A stretch of 54,913 bases of DNA from positions 1 to 54,913 of the IMG/VR virus record IMGVR_UViG_3300044695_005573. One strand, 5' to 3'. The position numbers were made by a program, and so were the translations under genes. Below are positions 25,679-34,633 of this stretch, piece after piece. The notes below the pieces were generated by a model. The model made no database searches, had not been told where the DNA came from, and was given only the letters and a program-made list of their open reading frames with translations. The DNA is from a virus. Taxonomy: Duplodnaviria; Caudoviricetes. The stretch's first letter is position 1. Every line of letters begins with the position of its first letter.

Positions 25679-25837
25679 TTAAAAATATTCTCTTCCGCCC
25701 CTCGAGCATCTCCAGTTTGGCTTAGGGAGATGCGGGTCGATGGGCCTGCGTTTATTGCGCAGGAACCAAGTTATACCCGCAAAGACGGATAAAAACAAGA
25801 ATAGACCCAGTCCAGACATGAGTATCTCCTTTGTCAT
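25679..25837 (-). CDS. Small membrane protein (true start 25837)
   Basis: MTKEILMSGLGLFLFLSVFAGITWFLRNK; ATGA coupling. Confidence 0.6.
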   Translation of the reverse strand: MTKEILMSGLGLFLFLSVFAGITWFLRNKRRPIDPHLPKPNWRCSRGGREYF

Positions 25838-26205
25838 TTCTTCTTTCTCGCAGCCTTTATACCTCGCCTTTCCTCGAAGTGCAAGATGCGGTGGCAGTTG
25901 GCGCAGAGGGGGATACATTTCTCCTCTGCCTCGCGGATAGCCTCCTTGATGTTGTGGTGTTTGACAATAAGCTCATTCACCGAGCGTTTGTTGTGGCGGA
26001 TCACGTGGTGAAAATCGATGACCGCGGGGTGGGAGAACCCGCAGTGGAAGCAGAATTGCTTGGAGCGGTAGTCGAGCCAGGCCTTCTTGACCGAGGCGCG
26101 GCGGGTGCCGCTTTGTTTGATGACGTGCTGGGTGTTCTTCAAATACCAGCGACGCGAGTACTCGCGTTGCCGTTCGCGTCGGACGTTGGCGTCCTTGAAC
26201 GGCAC
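25834..26205 (-). CDS. Zinc-binding HNH endonuclease
   Basis: CFHCG...IDFHH...EKCIPLCANCHRILH. Confidence 0.8.
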   Translation of the reverse strand: MPFKDANVRRERQREYSRRWYLKNTQHVIKQSGTRRASVKKAWLDYRSKQFCFHCGFSHPAVIDFHHVIRHNKRSVNELIVKHHNIKEAIREAEEKCIPLCANCHRILHFEERRGIKAARKKK

Positions 26206-26630
26206 TAGAGCCGTCGTTTCCAGTAGAGGGCTCGTGCAAAGGAGTAGGGGATGGCGGGCTCGTAGAGCCGAAAGCCACAGGTGATGAGATTGTTGGCGCT
26301 TGGTGCGTTATCCGTGGTGTCTGAAACCGCCCAGTTGTACCCCTGGCGCTTGGCCCAGAGCAGCCGCGCGCGGATGAGCCGGCGTTGGATGCCTCCGCCC
26401 CGGGCGAGCGGTGTGACACCGCAGCGGCCGAGGTAGACCCCGTCAGGGATTTGTTGGGAAGGAGACAGACACGCGAATGCGACCGGCGTGCGCCGGTGGT
26501 AAGCGATCCACCAGACCCCCTCTTCCGGGAAGTACAAAGCATCGTGCGGCAGACAAGCCCGTTGCAGCTCGATGAGTGTCTCTTCGACTTCCGGGTTGGA
26601 AGGATCGACCTTTTCACAGACGACCTTCAT
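26205..26630 (-). CDS. GNAT-family acetyltransferase
   Basis: YLGRCGVTPLARGGGIQRRLI (acetyl-CoA binding motif A) and NAPSANNLITCGF (motif B). Confidence 0.85.
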   Translation of the reverse strand: MKVVCEKVDPSNPEVEETLIELQRACLPHDALYFPEEGVWWIAYHRRTPVAFACLSPSQQIPDGVYLGRCGVTPLARGGGIQRRLIRARLLWAKRQGYNWAVSDTTDNAPSANNLITCGFRLYEPAIPYSFARALYWKRRL

Positions 26631-26638
26631 AGGGCGTC

Positions 26639-26666
26639 AGTGTACGGAAGATCCCTGTCATTTCAA
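26639..26666 (-). promoter_or_regulatory. Candidate promoter for leaderless GNAT transcript
   Basis: TTGAAA-N16-TACACT-N8-ATG; no SD. Confidence 0.5.
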
Positions 26667-26963
26667 TGTCGTGCCGTAGTATTTTAGGATTGTTTCAAGG
26701 CAGAACAGGTGGCCCTCGAGGGTCTTGATATCCAGGTCGCGATCGGTGTCGAAGATGGCGGAGCCTCTGCCGGCCTTGCGTGCCGCGAGGTCCGTGGTCA
26801 TTGAGCCGTAGGTCGCGGTCAGTTCCTGGACGACGAGCTGTTCGATGAGATCGAGGGGCAGATCGAGCGTCACGGACGCGGGCTTGGACTTAGTGGGTTT
26901 GGTCAGGAACTTCCTGGCGCCCTTGTTGCCGAGGGTGCGTTTTAGGACGGCGTTACGGGTCAT
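26658..26963 (-). CDS. Hypothetical protein
   Basis: AGGAG SD; ATGA coupling. Confidence 0.6.
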   Translation of the reverse strand: MTRNAVLKRTLGNKGARKFLTKPTKSKPASVTLDLPLDLIEQLVVQELTATYGSMTTDLAARKAGRGSAIFDTDRDLDIKTLEGHLFCLETILKYYGTTLK

Positions 26964-27202
26964 GGCTGCTCTCCTATGACGAACACTGGGGTGTAGTCCC
27001 CGACGTAAGAGCCGATGACGTTGTAGTGCATGTGTTCAACGGCGTCTTCTTCGGTCATCTCGTCGCGTGTTATCAGTATCTCTACGCACTTGTTGTAGTC
27101 GTACACGGCTAGCAGTTTGGTGTGCTGCCACCCAAGACCGATCAAGGCTTTCTCAAAGCCGTCAGCGTACAGCGTGTTCGGGTCAAGTGGTTCTTCGGTC
27201 AT
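26960..27202 (-). CDS. Conserved phage protein (ADGF..A.IG family), paralog of 32783..33082
   Basis: ADGFEKALIG...VYDY...EDAVE...YNVIGSYVGDYTPVFV. Confidence 0.75.
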   Translation of the reverse strand: MTEEPLDPNTLYADGFEKALIGLGWQHTKLLAVYDYNKCVEILITRDEMTEEDAVEHMHYNVIGSYVGDYTPVFVIGEQP

Positions 27203-27450
27203 TTGCTCCCCCTTGCCCGGATTGCGTTAACAATTTCCTGCGCGTTGTTATCGCTGACGCACAGCCCATAAACAATCTTCGCACACGCCTCCCGCTCGGC
27301 TGCTGCGACAAGGGCGGCGAAGCGTTGGTCACGAACTTCCAACCATATCTCGACCCGTGACTTTCCGGGGTGATATTCGCCTTTTTCGTAGATAGTGTCG
27401 GCGTAATCTTCGGCCTCCCGCGCCATCCGGGTGATGTCCTCGCGTGTCAT
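27199..27450 (-). CDS. MTREDI...AEREACAK family protein, tandem copy 2 (true start 27450)
   Basis: Paralog of 27447..27713; GGAG SD. Confidence 0.75.
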   Translation of the reverse strand: MTREDITRMAREAEDYADTIYEKGEYHPGKSRVEIWLEVRDQRFAALVAAAEREACAKIVYGLCVSDNNAQEIVNAIRARGSK

Positions 27451-27713
27451 GTCTTGCTCCCCCTCGCACGGATGGCGGCTGCAATCGTCCAAGCCGCGCC
27501 AGATTTTGGTGGATCTGTCAGCAACAGGGTCTGATTCTTTAACTGACCATCCGCAATTTTCGCACACGCCTCCCGCTCGGCTTCGGCAACGAGGGCGGCG
27601 AAGCGAACATTAAAGACTTCCAACCATCCGGGGTGATACTCGCCTTTAGCGTAGATGGTATCAACGTAATCCTCCGCCTCCTGCGCCCATCGGATAATGT
27701 CCTCGCGTGTCAT
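27447..27713 (-). CDS. MTREDI...AEREACAK family protein, tandem copy 1 (true start 27713)
   Basis: GGAGG SD; ends ...AIRARGSKT. Confidence 0.75.
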   Translation of the reverse strand: MTREDIIRWAQEAEDYVDTIYAKGEYHPGWLEVFNVRFAALVAEAEREACAKIADGQLKNQTLLLTDPPKSGAAWTIAAAIRARGSKT

Positions 27714-27892
27714 GTCTTGTCCTCCTTCAGCGCAGCGTCGAACACGGCTATCGCAGCCCGGATTGGTCGCAGCGGTTCGCACTCATCACAATCCGAATCG
27801 CCGCAATCGGTGTCGGCGAAACAGACAAGGAAGTACAACTCTGAGCGCATCCGCTTAATCACGGCGCGGGGCAGGGTAATTGTTTCGGTCAC
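27710..27892 (-). CDS. Small Cys-containing protein
   Basis: CFADTDCGDSDCDEC; coupled at both ends. Confidence 0.6.
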   Translation of the reverse strand: MTETITLPRAVIKRMRSELYFLVCFADTDCGDSDCDECEPLRPIRAAIAVFDAALKEDKT

Positions 27893-28137
27893 GGCTGCGC
27901 CCCCGCTGACAACTGGACTGCGTACAATGCAAAGACGATGCCCGTCAAGAGGATGATGCCTAGTGTGACGCTTAAAAAAGTATGCGTCTTATCTGCATCT
28001 GCTAACTCACGGCGCACTGCGTTCAGTTCAAGATCTTTGCGGAAGAGCGCGTCCTTGAGGTGTCCGTTCTCTCGCACAAGGTCACGTATCTGTTTGTTGA
28101 GCCGGTCCCTTGAGTACTCCATAGTTTTATCGTTCAT
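27889..28137 (-). CDS. Coiled-coil protein with C-terminal TM helix
   Basis: GGAGG/AGGA SD; heptads then a hydrophobic tail. Confidence 0.65.
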   Translation of the reverse strand: MNDKTMEYSRDRLNKQIRDLVRENGHLKDALFRKDLELNAVRRELADADKTHTFLSVTLGIILLTGIVFALYAVQLSAGAQP

Positions 28138-28148
28138 GTCCTAACCTC

Positions 28149-28328
28149 CTATTTCTTCGAGGAAGGGGGCCTTGACTTCCAGCCCTGCGATGTTTGTTGA
28201 AACCCTACAGCAAGGAGTGCCTCGGGGGTGCGGCATGCCCCGTCGACACGCTTGTGGCTGCGGAAGCTCTCGGGCGTAGCGAAAACCTGTTTGCACTCCG
28301 TGCAGCGACGGATCTTTGCGACGCTCAT
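28149..28328 (-). CDS. 59-aa C2HC zinc-finger protein (not in ORF track)
   Basis: MSVAKIRRCTECKQVFATPESFRSHKRVDGAC...; ATGA overlap with the upstream stop; more plausible than track ORF 28141..28335. Confidence 0.65.
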   Translation of the reverse strand: MSVAKIRRCTECKQVFATPESFRSHKRVDGACRTPEALLAVGFQQTSQGWKSRPPSSKK

Positions 28329-28522
28329 TGATCACGCGTCTCGAGCATGATGTCCGCGAGCCGATAGGCTTTATGCACGGCAGAGTACACAGACTCCAGG
28401 TCGTCTCGTGTCACAAGCCCTGACAATGCGTGAGCGGCGAAGTAATCGCGCAGCGTGAGGCCACCTTGGATGCTGGCGTCCCCGTCGTCGTTGACTACCC
28501 GATCAGGAAAGATGTTGGTCAT
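28325..28522 (-). CDS. Conserved phage protein (G.TLRDYFAA family)
   Basis: GLTLRDYFAAHALSGL...AYRLADIMLETR. Confidence 0.75.
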   Translation of the reverse strand: MTNIFPDRVVNDDGDASIQGGLTLRDYFAAHALSGLVTRDDLESVYSAVHKAYRLADIMLETRDQ

Positions 28523-28773
28523 TCTAGGTCTCCGTCGTCGTATTCATTTTCAGCAAGTTCCTCGATGATCTGGTCTTCGAGCAGGATGCGTTGAGATTCA
28601 CTCAACACCTTGAGTATGTTTACTCGCGAGACCTTCCCATCGGGCTTCTCCAGTGAGGCATAAGCGGCCTGGATATCGATCATCGGGGGTAACATGACGC
28701 CCTTGACATCCATGGCCTCGAGCACCTCAAAAGTGAGTTCGACGCTTAGGCTTAACTGTGTCAGATGTTTCAC
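28519..28773 (-). CDS. Hypothetical protein (probable GTG start 28773)
   Basis: AGGAAGAAAG upstream; acidic C-terminus. Confidence 0.55.
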   Translation of the reverse strand: MKHLTQLSLSVELTFEVLEAMDVKGVMLPPMIDIQAAYASLEKPDGKVSRVNILKVLSESQRILLEDQIIEELAENEYDDGDLE

Positions 28774-29200
28774 TTTCTTTCTTCCTGTTAGCCTCAATGC
28801 GGGCGAGGAGCTCCGCTTCCTTATGCGTCTTGTCAAAGAGCTCGTCGATAAGCGGGCGTAGGATGGACCCCATGCCAGCCTTGTAGAACTTCTGGAGTTC
28901 CTTGATCTTCTGGTAGGTCTCCAGATGGATCATGATCGACTTGAACTTTGTGCCCTTGCGCTTTTCGGGCGAATAGCGGCCGGGGTAGCGGTACAGGCGC
29001 CTGCGCCGGTACTTCCAGACATAAGCTTTTAGCTTATCGAGCTTTTCTCTTGCCCCTTCGTCTCCGTTTTCCACGCGTTCAGTTAAGCGCTTAACCCCAA
29101 TGCGTGGAAAGCGCTTGTTGAAGTCGTCGTAACTCAGGTTGGTCCACTTCAGACCTTTCGGCAAAACACTGGTGTCGCCTTTTTTCTTGCGGCTAGGCAT
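28727..29200 (-). CDS. Basic protein with possible C-terminal ribbon-helix-helix (true start 29200)
   Basis: AGAAAGGAG SD; FKSIMIHLETYQKIKEL...MGSILRPLID fits an RHH pattern. Confidence 0.6.
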   Translation of the reverse strand: MPSRKKKGDTSVLPKGLKWTNLSYDDFNKRFPRIGVKRLTERVENGDEGAREKLDKLKAYVWKYRRRRLYRYPGRYSPEKRKGTKFKSIMIHLETYQKIKELQKFYKAGMGSILRPLIDELFDKTHKEAELLARIEANRKKESETSDTVKPKRRTHF

Positions 29201-29252
29201 ACGGTTCTCCTTTCTTGTCCTCGACTCTACGCGTTCGATACCCGAAACGCAA

Positions 29253-31121
29253 CTACTCTTTTGCCTCGCCCCATGAGGGCCCGATCTCCACATCCACCCG
29301 GGAGGGGACCTCGAGGGAGACGGCTTGGGCCATGATCCGTGCGGCTTCTTCCGCTTCGGACCGATCGTTCACGCTGACCGCTATTTCGTCGTGCACTTGC
29401 AGGAGGAGGCGGAACCCGGCCTTGTTGAGGGCGACCATGGCGGCCTTGGTCTGGTCGGCGGCGGACCCTTGGATGAGGCGGTTGAGGCCCTTGTAGGTCA
29501 TCGCACGTTTGATCCGTGGTCCGTATTCCACGACCGCTTGCTCGCGCGGGAGGGCCTTGTTGATGCCGTATTCGACGGGTTCCCAGAGGGGGAAGCGGCA
29601 CTTTCGGCCGAGGAGCGTACGGATCGAGCCCCCGGAGGCCGGGTGTTCGATGCGCTTCATGACGGAGTTTACGGTGCCCTTCAGGAACGGGACGTTCATG
29701 TGGAAGCTGTTGATGAGCTCTGCGGCCTCGTCGAGGGGCAGGTCGAGGGAGTTGGCGAGCTTTTGCTTGCCCATCCCGTACATCAGCCCGAGTCCGATTG
29801 TCTTGGCGGCCTTGCGCTGGATCCCCGCCATATCTGCCACCATTTGGTGGAAGTCGGTATCTGGGTTGTTGCGATATGCGTCTGCCATGCGTTCCGCTCC
29901 CGGGAGGTCGAGTAGGGTGGCATAGTGGACGAGAAGCCGAGGCTCCTGTGAGCTGAAGTCATTGGCCGCCCAGAGCTGTCCTTCTTCGGGGAGGAAAAGC
30001 GAGCGAACCATCGGACCGATGATTTCATGACGCGCGGGTACCTGTTGTAGGTTGGGGTTGTTCATGGAGAGGCGCCCGGTGACGGTTCCGCCGTCTTCGG
30101 AGCGCATCTGGTTGATATGCGGGTGGATGCGCCCGTCGGCGGCGCTGTGCTTGAGATAGGGCTCGAGGAAGGTGCCGTGGGTCTTGTTGAACTCACGGGC
30201 TTCGATGATGAGCTTGGCGATCTCGTGCTCATGGCCGTCGAGGAAGCTTTTTGTGAAGCTCGGCAGGCCGGTGGTGGTCTTGGGGTAGGGGATCCCGAGC
30301 TTGTCAAAGGCCTTGGCGATGCTGGCCGCGGCCCATATGTCAACTTTTTCGCCAGAAATTAACTTGATCTGCTTAATGTGTTCGTTTTCTTTACGCTTAA
30401 AGTCAGCGATGAGTTGCTCGCACTTGTCGCGGTTGAAACGGATGCCCTGAAAGGTGAGGTCGATCAGCACCGGCAGCAGCTCGGTTTCGAGGGTGAAGAT
30501 GGACTCGACTTCGTCCTTACGGAGAAGCGCCTTCAGGTGATGCCAGAGCTTGAGCGTGAGCGCCGCGTCCTGTTCGGCGTACTCGCCGACGTACATCGCC
30601 GGCAGTTTCCAGAGCTCCTTCTTGGCGTGCACGCCGAAGTCGGAGGCGGCGTCCTTCAGGCCCTGCTCGGACTTGACCTCCTTGAGGTAGTCAAAGCCGA
30701 GGCTGTTGAGGGCGTAGCTGAAGCGGTTCTCATCGATGAGGGGCGCCGCGAGCATGGTGTCGTAGACGGTGCCGTTGACCTTGAACCCGGATGCCCGCAG
30801 CCAGCCGAGATCGTAGGCGGCGTTGTGCATGACCTTGTCGCACGGCAGCTCGAGGACTTTCTTCATCCAGCGGTTGACGATGCGTTCGTCGAGGTTGCCC
30901 CCGCCCTGATGGGCGATCGGGAAGTAGCCCTTCCATCCGTCTACCGCGACCGCATAGCCGACGATGTAGCCGTCCTTGCGGGGCCATCCTGGCCCCATCG
31001 AATCCATGTGGGGGTCACACGTTTCAAGGTCGATCGCAATCTCCGTTGCGGAGGAGAGGTCTGGGAAACTGGCGGGCGGAACCCACTCGGAGGGTCGCTC
31101 GAACATAGGCATGGTCTTCAA
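29253..31121 (-). CDS. polA: Family A DNA polymerase with 3'-5' exonuclease
   Basis: Exo I IDLET, Exo II HNAAYD, Exo III YAEQD; TGRLS...PNLQQ; motif A DFSSQEPR; motif B KTIGLGLMYG; motif C VHDE. Confidence 0.95.
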   Translation of the reverse strand: MKTMPMFERPSEWVPPASFPDLSSATEIAIDLETCDPHMDSMGPGWPRKDGYIVGYAVAVDGWKGYFPIAHQGGGNLDERIVNRWMKKVLELPCDKVMHNAAYDLGWLRASGFKVNGTVYDTMLAAPLIDENRFSYALNSLGFDYLKEVKSEQGLKDAASDFGVHAKKELWKLPAMYVGEYAEQDAALTLKLWHHLKALLRKDEVESIFTLETELLPVLIDLTFQGIRFNRDKCEQLIADFKRKENEHIKQIKLISGEKVDIWAAASIAKAFDKLGIPYPKTTTGLPSFTKSFLDGHEHEIAKLIIEAREFNKTHGTFLEPYLKHSAADGRIHPHINQMRSEDGGTVTGRLSMNNPNLQQVPARHEIIGPMVRSLFLPEEGQLWAANDFSSQEPRLLVHYATLLDLPGAERMADAYRNNPDTDFHQMVADMAGIQRKAAKTIGLGLMYGMGKQKLANSLDLPLDEAAELINSFHMNVPFLKGTVNSVMKRIEHPASGGSIRTLLGRKCRFPLWEPVEYGINKALPREQAVVEYGPRIKRAMTYKGLNRLIQGSAADQTKAAMVALNKAGFRLLLQVHDEIAVSVNDRSEAEEAARIMAQAVSLEVPSRVDVEIGPSWGEAKE

Positions 31122-32617
31122 AGTCTGAACCCCTTGTAAGAATTCTTGGGTAGAACGAAGTGTAAGGATTGCTTGGCGCGAGTAATACCGACATAGAGCA
31201 GCCGGTTGATGTCGTCGGAGTTCTTGTCGTACTCCTGCGCGAACTTGGTAGAGAGGTCGCCGATGAGGAGGACATTGTCCGCCTCGCCGCCCTTCGCCCC
31301 GTGGATCGTGGAGAGCTTGATCGGCACCTTGCCCGTGATCTTCACGCCGCGGCGTAGGAGCGCGATGAGGTAGTTGCGCTTGTCCTCGGCGATCTTCGTC
31401 AGCGCCTCGTGCCAGATCGCATCGGTCAGTAGGCCGTGGTCCTTGGTCAGCGAGGCGTGTGTATAGGCTATATCTACGCTTGCCGTTTTCAGCCCCTTAT
31501 GTCCGCGTTTGACGGCGCTGGGGTCGAGGAACTTGTATATGGTTTTGACTGTCTCGAAAGGTATCTCCCCACCTTTTCGTAAGCGTTCCCAGCCGATGAC
31601 GGCGGAGAGGACGGACTCGGGGATGCTCCGTTGTCCGTGGCGCTCGAAGAGCAGGCCTTGGGATTTGATCCACTCGTGCATATCGGTGAGCATGTAGTTT
31701 GCGGCGGCGAGCACGAGCCATTCGCCCTTGGTGATATCGACGTGGTGGAAGTCGTTGTAATAGGCGATCGCGCCGCCTTCGGTGCGGGGCTTCCAGATTT
31801 TAGGCTGGCGCTTACGGATACGGTTTACGACCTGATCGGCGAGCGCGTGGATCTTGGAGGGGACGCGGTAGGATTGATCGAGGACTTTGACCTGGCCTTC
31901 CAGTGTCAGGAAGGAGTCGACATCGGCTCCAGCCCATGTGTAGACCGCTTGGTCGTCATCGCCGGCGATGTAGGTATGTTCGGCGCGTTCAATCAGCTCC
32001 TTGACGAGCCGCCACTGTAGCTGGGAGAGGTCCTGCGCTTCGTCGATGATGAGTGTTTTTAGCGACGGAAGTCTGTCAGGATCATCTAGGACTCTTTCCA
32101 GCAAGTCCGTAAAATCGAGAAGTCCGCGGGATGCCTTGTAATGTCTATACGCTCTGTCAACGTACTCGAAGTGGTGCCACTCGATCGCCATGCGGCTTTC
32201 GTTGTAGTGCTGGCGAAGATCCTTGCCCTTGATCCGCGCGATATTGACCTCGTTCAGGATGGGGTGGTCCGCCTTAATGGCAAACTCCTCTTCACCCTTC
32301 TCCACTCCCAACTCAATCCCCGCCTCTTTAGCGAACTCTGCGTAGTGTTCGGGGCCCATCATGTCCTTGCTGGTGATGCCGAGACAGCGATAAGCGAGCG
32401 AGTGCAGGGTACGGAACCACGGGAAGTCTAGGTCCGGGTTCAGCGCAGGGAACTTCTGGATCGCGCGGTCACGGGCCTCGGTCGCGGCCTTGCGGGTGAA
32501 CGCAAAGTAGCCGATCTGCGTCGGATGGATATCCTCCGCAAGTTCGTTTTGCACCACCGAGAGCAGGTAGGTCGTCTTGCCTGCACCGGGGGGACCGAAG
32601 ACCTTCTCGACGCTCAT
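31118..32617 (-). CDS. UvrD/Rep-like SF1 helicase
   Basis: GPPGAGKT, TLHS, IIDEAQD, GDDDQAVY, SYR, STIHGAKGGE, YVGITRAK. Confidence 0.92.
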   Translation of the reverse strand: MSVEKVFGPPGAGKTTYLLSVVQNELAEDIHPTQIGYFAFTRKAATEARDRAIQKFPALNPDLDFPWFRTLHSLAYRCLGITSKDMMGPEHYAEFAKEAGIELGVEKGEEEFAIKADHPILNEVNIARIKGKDLRQHYNESRMAIEWHHFEYVDRAYRHYKASRGLLDFTDLLERVLDDPDRLPSLKTLIIDEAQDLSQLQWRLVKELIERAEHTYIAGDDDQAVYTWAGADVDSFLTLEGQVKVLDQSYRVPSKIHALADQVVNRIRKRQPKIWKPRTEGGAIAYYNDFHHVDITKGEWLVLAAANYMLTDMHEWIKSQGLLFERHGQRSIPESVLSAVIGWERLRKGGEIPFETVKTIYKFLDPSAVKRGHKGLKTASVDIAYTHASLTKDHGLLTDAIWHEALTKIAEDKRNYLIALLRRGVKITGKVPIKLSTIHGAKGGEADNVLLIGDLSTKFAQEYDKNSDDINRLLYVGITRAKQSLHFVLPKNSYKGFRL

Positions 32618-32790
32618 GGCTCGATGGGCAATGTTGGGTAGTAAGGGGCAATTTGTATAGCGAACTGCTCGGGCTGTTCGGCCTGCTTGTCCTGTGCGTC
32701 TCGATAATCGTCGTATACGCCGACGATCGACACCGGGTGATCCGGTTTGATCCAGTACACGACGAACACCATGAGTTGATGGTTATGCAT
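32614..32790 (-). CDS. Small hypothetical protein (true start 32790)
   Basis: MHNHQLMVFVVYWIK...IVGVY; coupled to neighbours. Confidence 0.55.
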   Translation of the reverse strand: MHNHQLMVFVVYWIKPDHPVSIVGVYDDYRDAQDKQAEQPEQFAIQIAPYYPTLPIEP

Positions 32791-33082
32791 CGCCGTCTCT
32801 TGTAAGTTCTTCTTCCGCGGCAAGGATCTCTTCGACTCGATCCATCGCACACGGCCATACGATGATGGGAGTGGTTTCGCCGACATAGGCGCCCTCGATG
32901 TTGTAGCTGATGTACTCCTCTGCCTCGTCCAGGGAGAGCCCGGACTCGTGCATGAGGATGGTGACGATGGCATCGCCGTCGTAGATCAGCGTGTCGATGC
33001 GGCGTGCACCGCCGCCTTCTGCTCGCTGCCACACAGTTGCTATGCCGACTAGTGCACTGTCAAAGCCGTCTATCTTGAGCAT
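32783..33082 (-). CDS. Conserved phage protein (DGF..A.VG family)
   Basis: KIDGFDSALVG...IYD...EAEEYISYNIEGAYVGETTP; TGATG coupling to primase. Confidence 0.75.
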   Translation of the reverse strand: MLKIDGFDSALVGIATVWQRAEGGGARRIDTLIYDGDAIVTILMHESGLSLDEAEEYISYNIEGAYVGETTPIIVWPCAMDRVEEILAAEEELTRDGDA

Positions 33083-34614
33083 CAGAATGGACTCCTGCTT
33101 TTCTTCTGTTCAGGGGTGTCAAACGGGGAATCTTGCCGCTCGAAGCGGGGGATGCGCCAGCACCGCGTCGCGCGGTTCTTGAGGAAAAGACTGATTGGCT
33201 CGCCGCCGATGTCGCGCATGCGCTGTGCCATTTTTGGCAGAGTCATGCCCTTGAAGTTGTTGCGCGTGAGGTGTGCCTCGAGGTCCTTCATGCGGAAATA
33301 TGTGCGGCCTTCCTCGTCGTTGGTCCACGGCCGGCCGAGCAGAATCTCGTCCCGATCGAGGGCCTGCTGCAAGTGTGTGCAGAACTCCTCGAGGAGGTCG
33401 TTGAAGCGGCCCGTGACGGTGGTGTCTTCACTCGCGACCGTGATCTGCTCCGTCTCAACCATCTCGGTGAGCAGTGCGTTCAGGAGCTGTTCCCAGTCGG
33501 GCTTCTTCACCGCCGGGGGCAACAGGTTGAGCTTCTCGACGCAAGACTTCTGGAAGGCCATCTGGTTGAACAGGCTCTCAGTGTCAAGCTCGATGCGCTT
33601 GCCGTTGACGTCGAGAAACCAAAGTGGCGGTTCGCTCGCGTACTTCGAGAGCGCAGAGAGCTGCGGGGAGTCTGGCCCGTGGGCCCCGATCCCAAACTTG
33701 CGAGTCCTGCACAGGCCGCTATTGCAGAAGCTATTGAGCGGCGCGTCTTTGCACTTGTACCGATACTCCTTCTTATTGATCTGTTTGATCAACATCTGCA
33801 CTTCGTTGTTCGGAAGCGGAGGGCTCACGTACTTGTAGTTGTACTCGACGATCAGGTTGTCCCACGTCGCCGGGTGCGCGCGCTTGAGGTACAGGCCGAT
33901 GTTGAAAAGCGCGTTGTTCCGTGTGCCCTCGGGCACGCCTTGTGCGCAGATAGCCTGTAGGCATGGTGGGCCGTCCTTGATCGGTGATTCAGGGGCCTTG
34001 GGCTCCTCTGGAAACTTCAGGTCCGGGTCCTGTACGAACTGGTCGTACAGGGTGTAGAACTCTTCAAGGGAGGCGGCCTTCCCGTCGTCATTGAAGGCGT
34101 AACGCATGGTGTCGTCGCCGCCGAAATACGGGAGGTTCAGGAAGTTGCCTGTGTCCCCGCGCTCGACGAGGATTTCGGCCTGTTTCGGGAAGATCTCGCG
34201 ACCGGCCTCGCCAAGGAGCGCCGCGGAGGCCTTCAGGTAACGCTGCATCGAGGCAGCGGGGATCGGTTCCTTGACGAATAGGAACACGTGTGCCCCGCCT
34301 GACTTGCTGCGGCACACGACAAGGGGCAGCTCAAGGCTGCGTATCTTCTTGATCAGCCCTGCGTGATCGAGAGGGTACTGATCAATATCAATGCATCCCC
34401 AAATGCAGGAGTTATCTGCGCGGATGGGGATGATGCCCAGAGAAGGCTCCACGCCTTCAAGGTGCTTCTGCCAGAGATCATCAGTTGGCGGCTTACGAAC
34501 GACAACGGCTTTGCCGGCTTGCTTGCCATTACCCTTGTCGCCCTCGATCCTGTAAGTCCCATAGGCGATGTCTAAGCCCAGAAATATCGCCTTGAACCTT
34601 GTGATGTCGGTCAT
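33082..34614 (-). CDS. Archaeo-eukaryotic-type primase with PriCT-like domain
   Basis: CIDID (motif I), SKSGGAH (motif II), EGTRNNALF (PriCT-1-like). Confidence 0.85.
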   Translation of the reverse strand: MTDITRFKAIFLGLDIAYGTYRIEGDKGNGKQAGKAVVVRKPPTDDLWQKHLEGVEPSLGIIPIRADNSCIWGCIDIDQYPLDHAGLIKKIRSLELPLVVCRSKSGGAHVFLFVKEPIPAASMQRYLKASAALLGEAGREIFPKQAEILVERGDTGNFLNLPYFGGDDTMRYAFNDDGKAASLEEFYTLYDQFVQDPDLKFPEEPKAPESPIKDGPPCLQAICAQGVPEGTRNNALFNIGLYLKRAHPATWDNLIVEYNYKYVSPPLPNNEVQMLIKQINKKEYRYKCKDAPLNSFCNSGLCRTRKFGIGAHGPDSPQLSALSKYASEPPLWFLDVNGKRIELDTESLFNQMAFQKSCVEKLNLLPPAVKKPDWEQLLNALLTEMVETEQITVASEDTTVTGRFNDLLEEFCTHLQQALDRDEILLGRPWTNDEEGRTYFRMKDLEAHLTRNNFKGMTLPKMAQRMRDIGGEPISLFLKNRATRCWRIPRFERQDSPFDTPEQKKSRSPF

Positions 34615-34633
34615 TTCTGCTTTCTCGAAAGAA

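Noticed and set aside
27199-27713. Tandem paralogs as a DGR template/variable repeat pair
   Set aside because: Differences are not adenine-specific, both copies are intact genes, and there is no reverse transcriptase in the window.
28141-28335. ORF-track 64-aa protein
   Set aside because: The alternative frame 28149..28328 has ATGA coupling and a clear zinc-finger motif.
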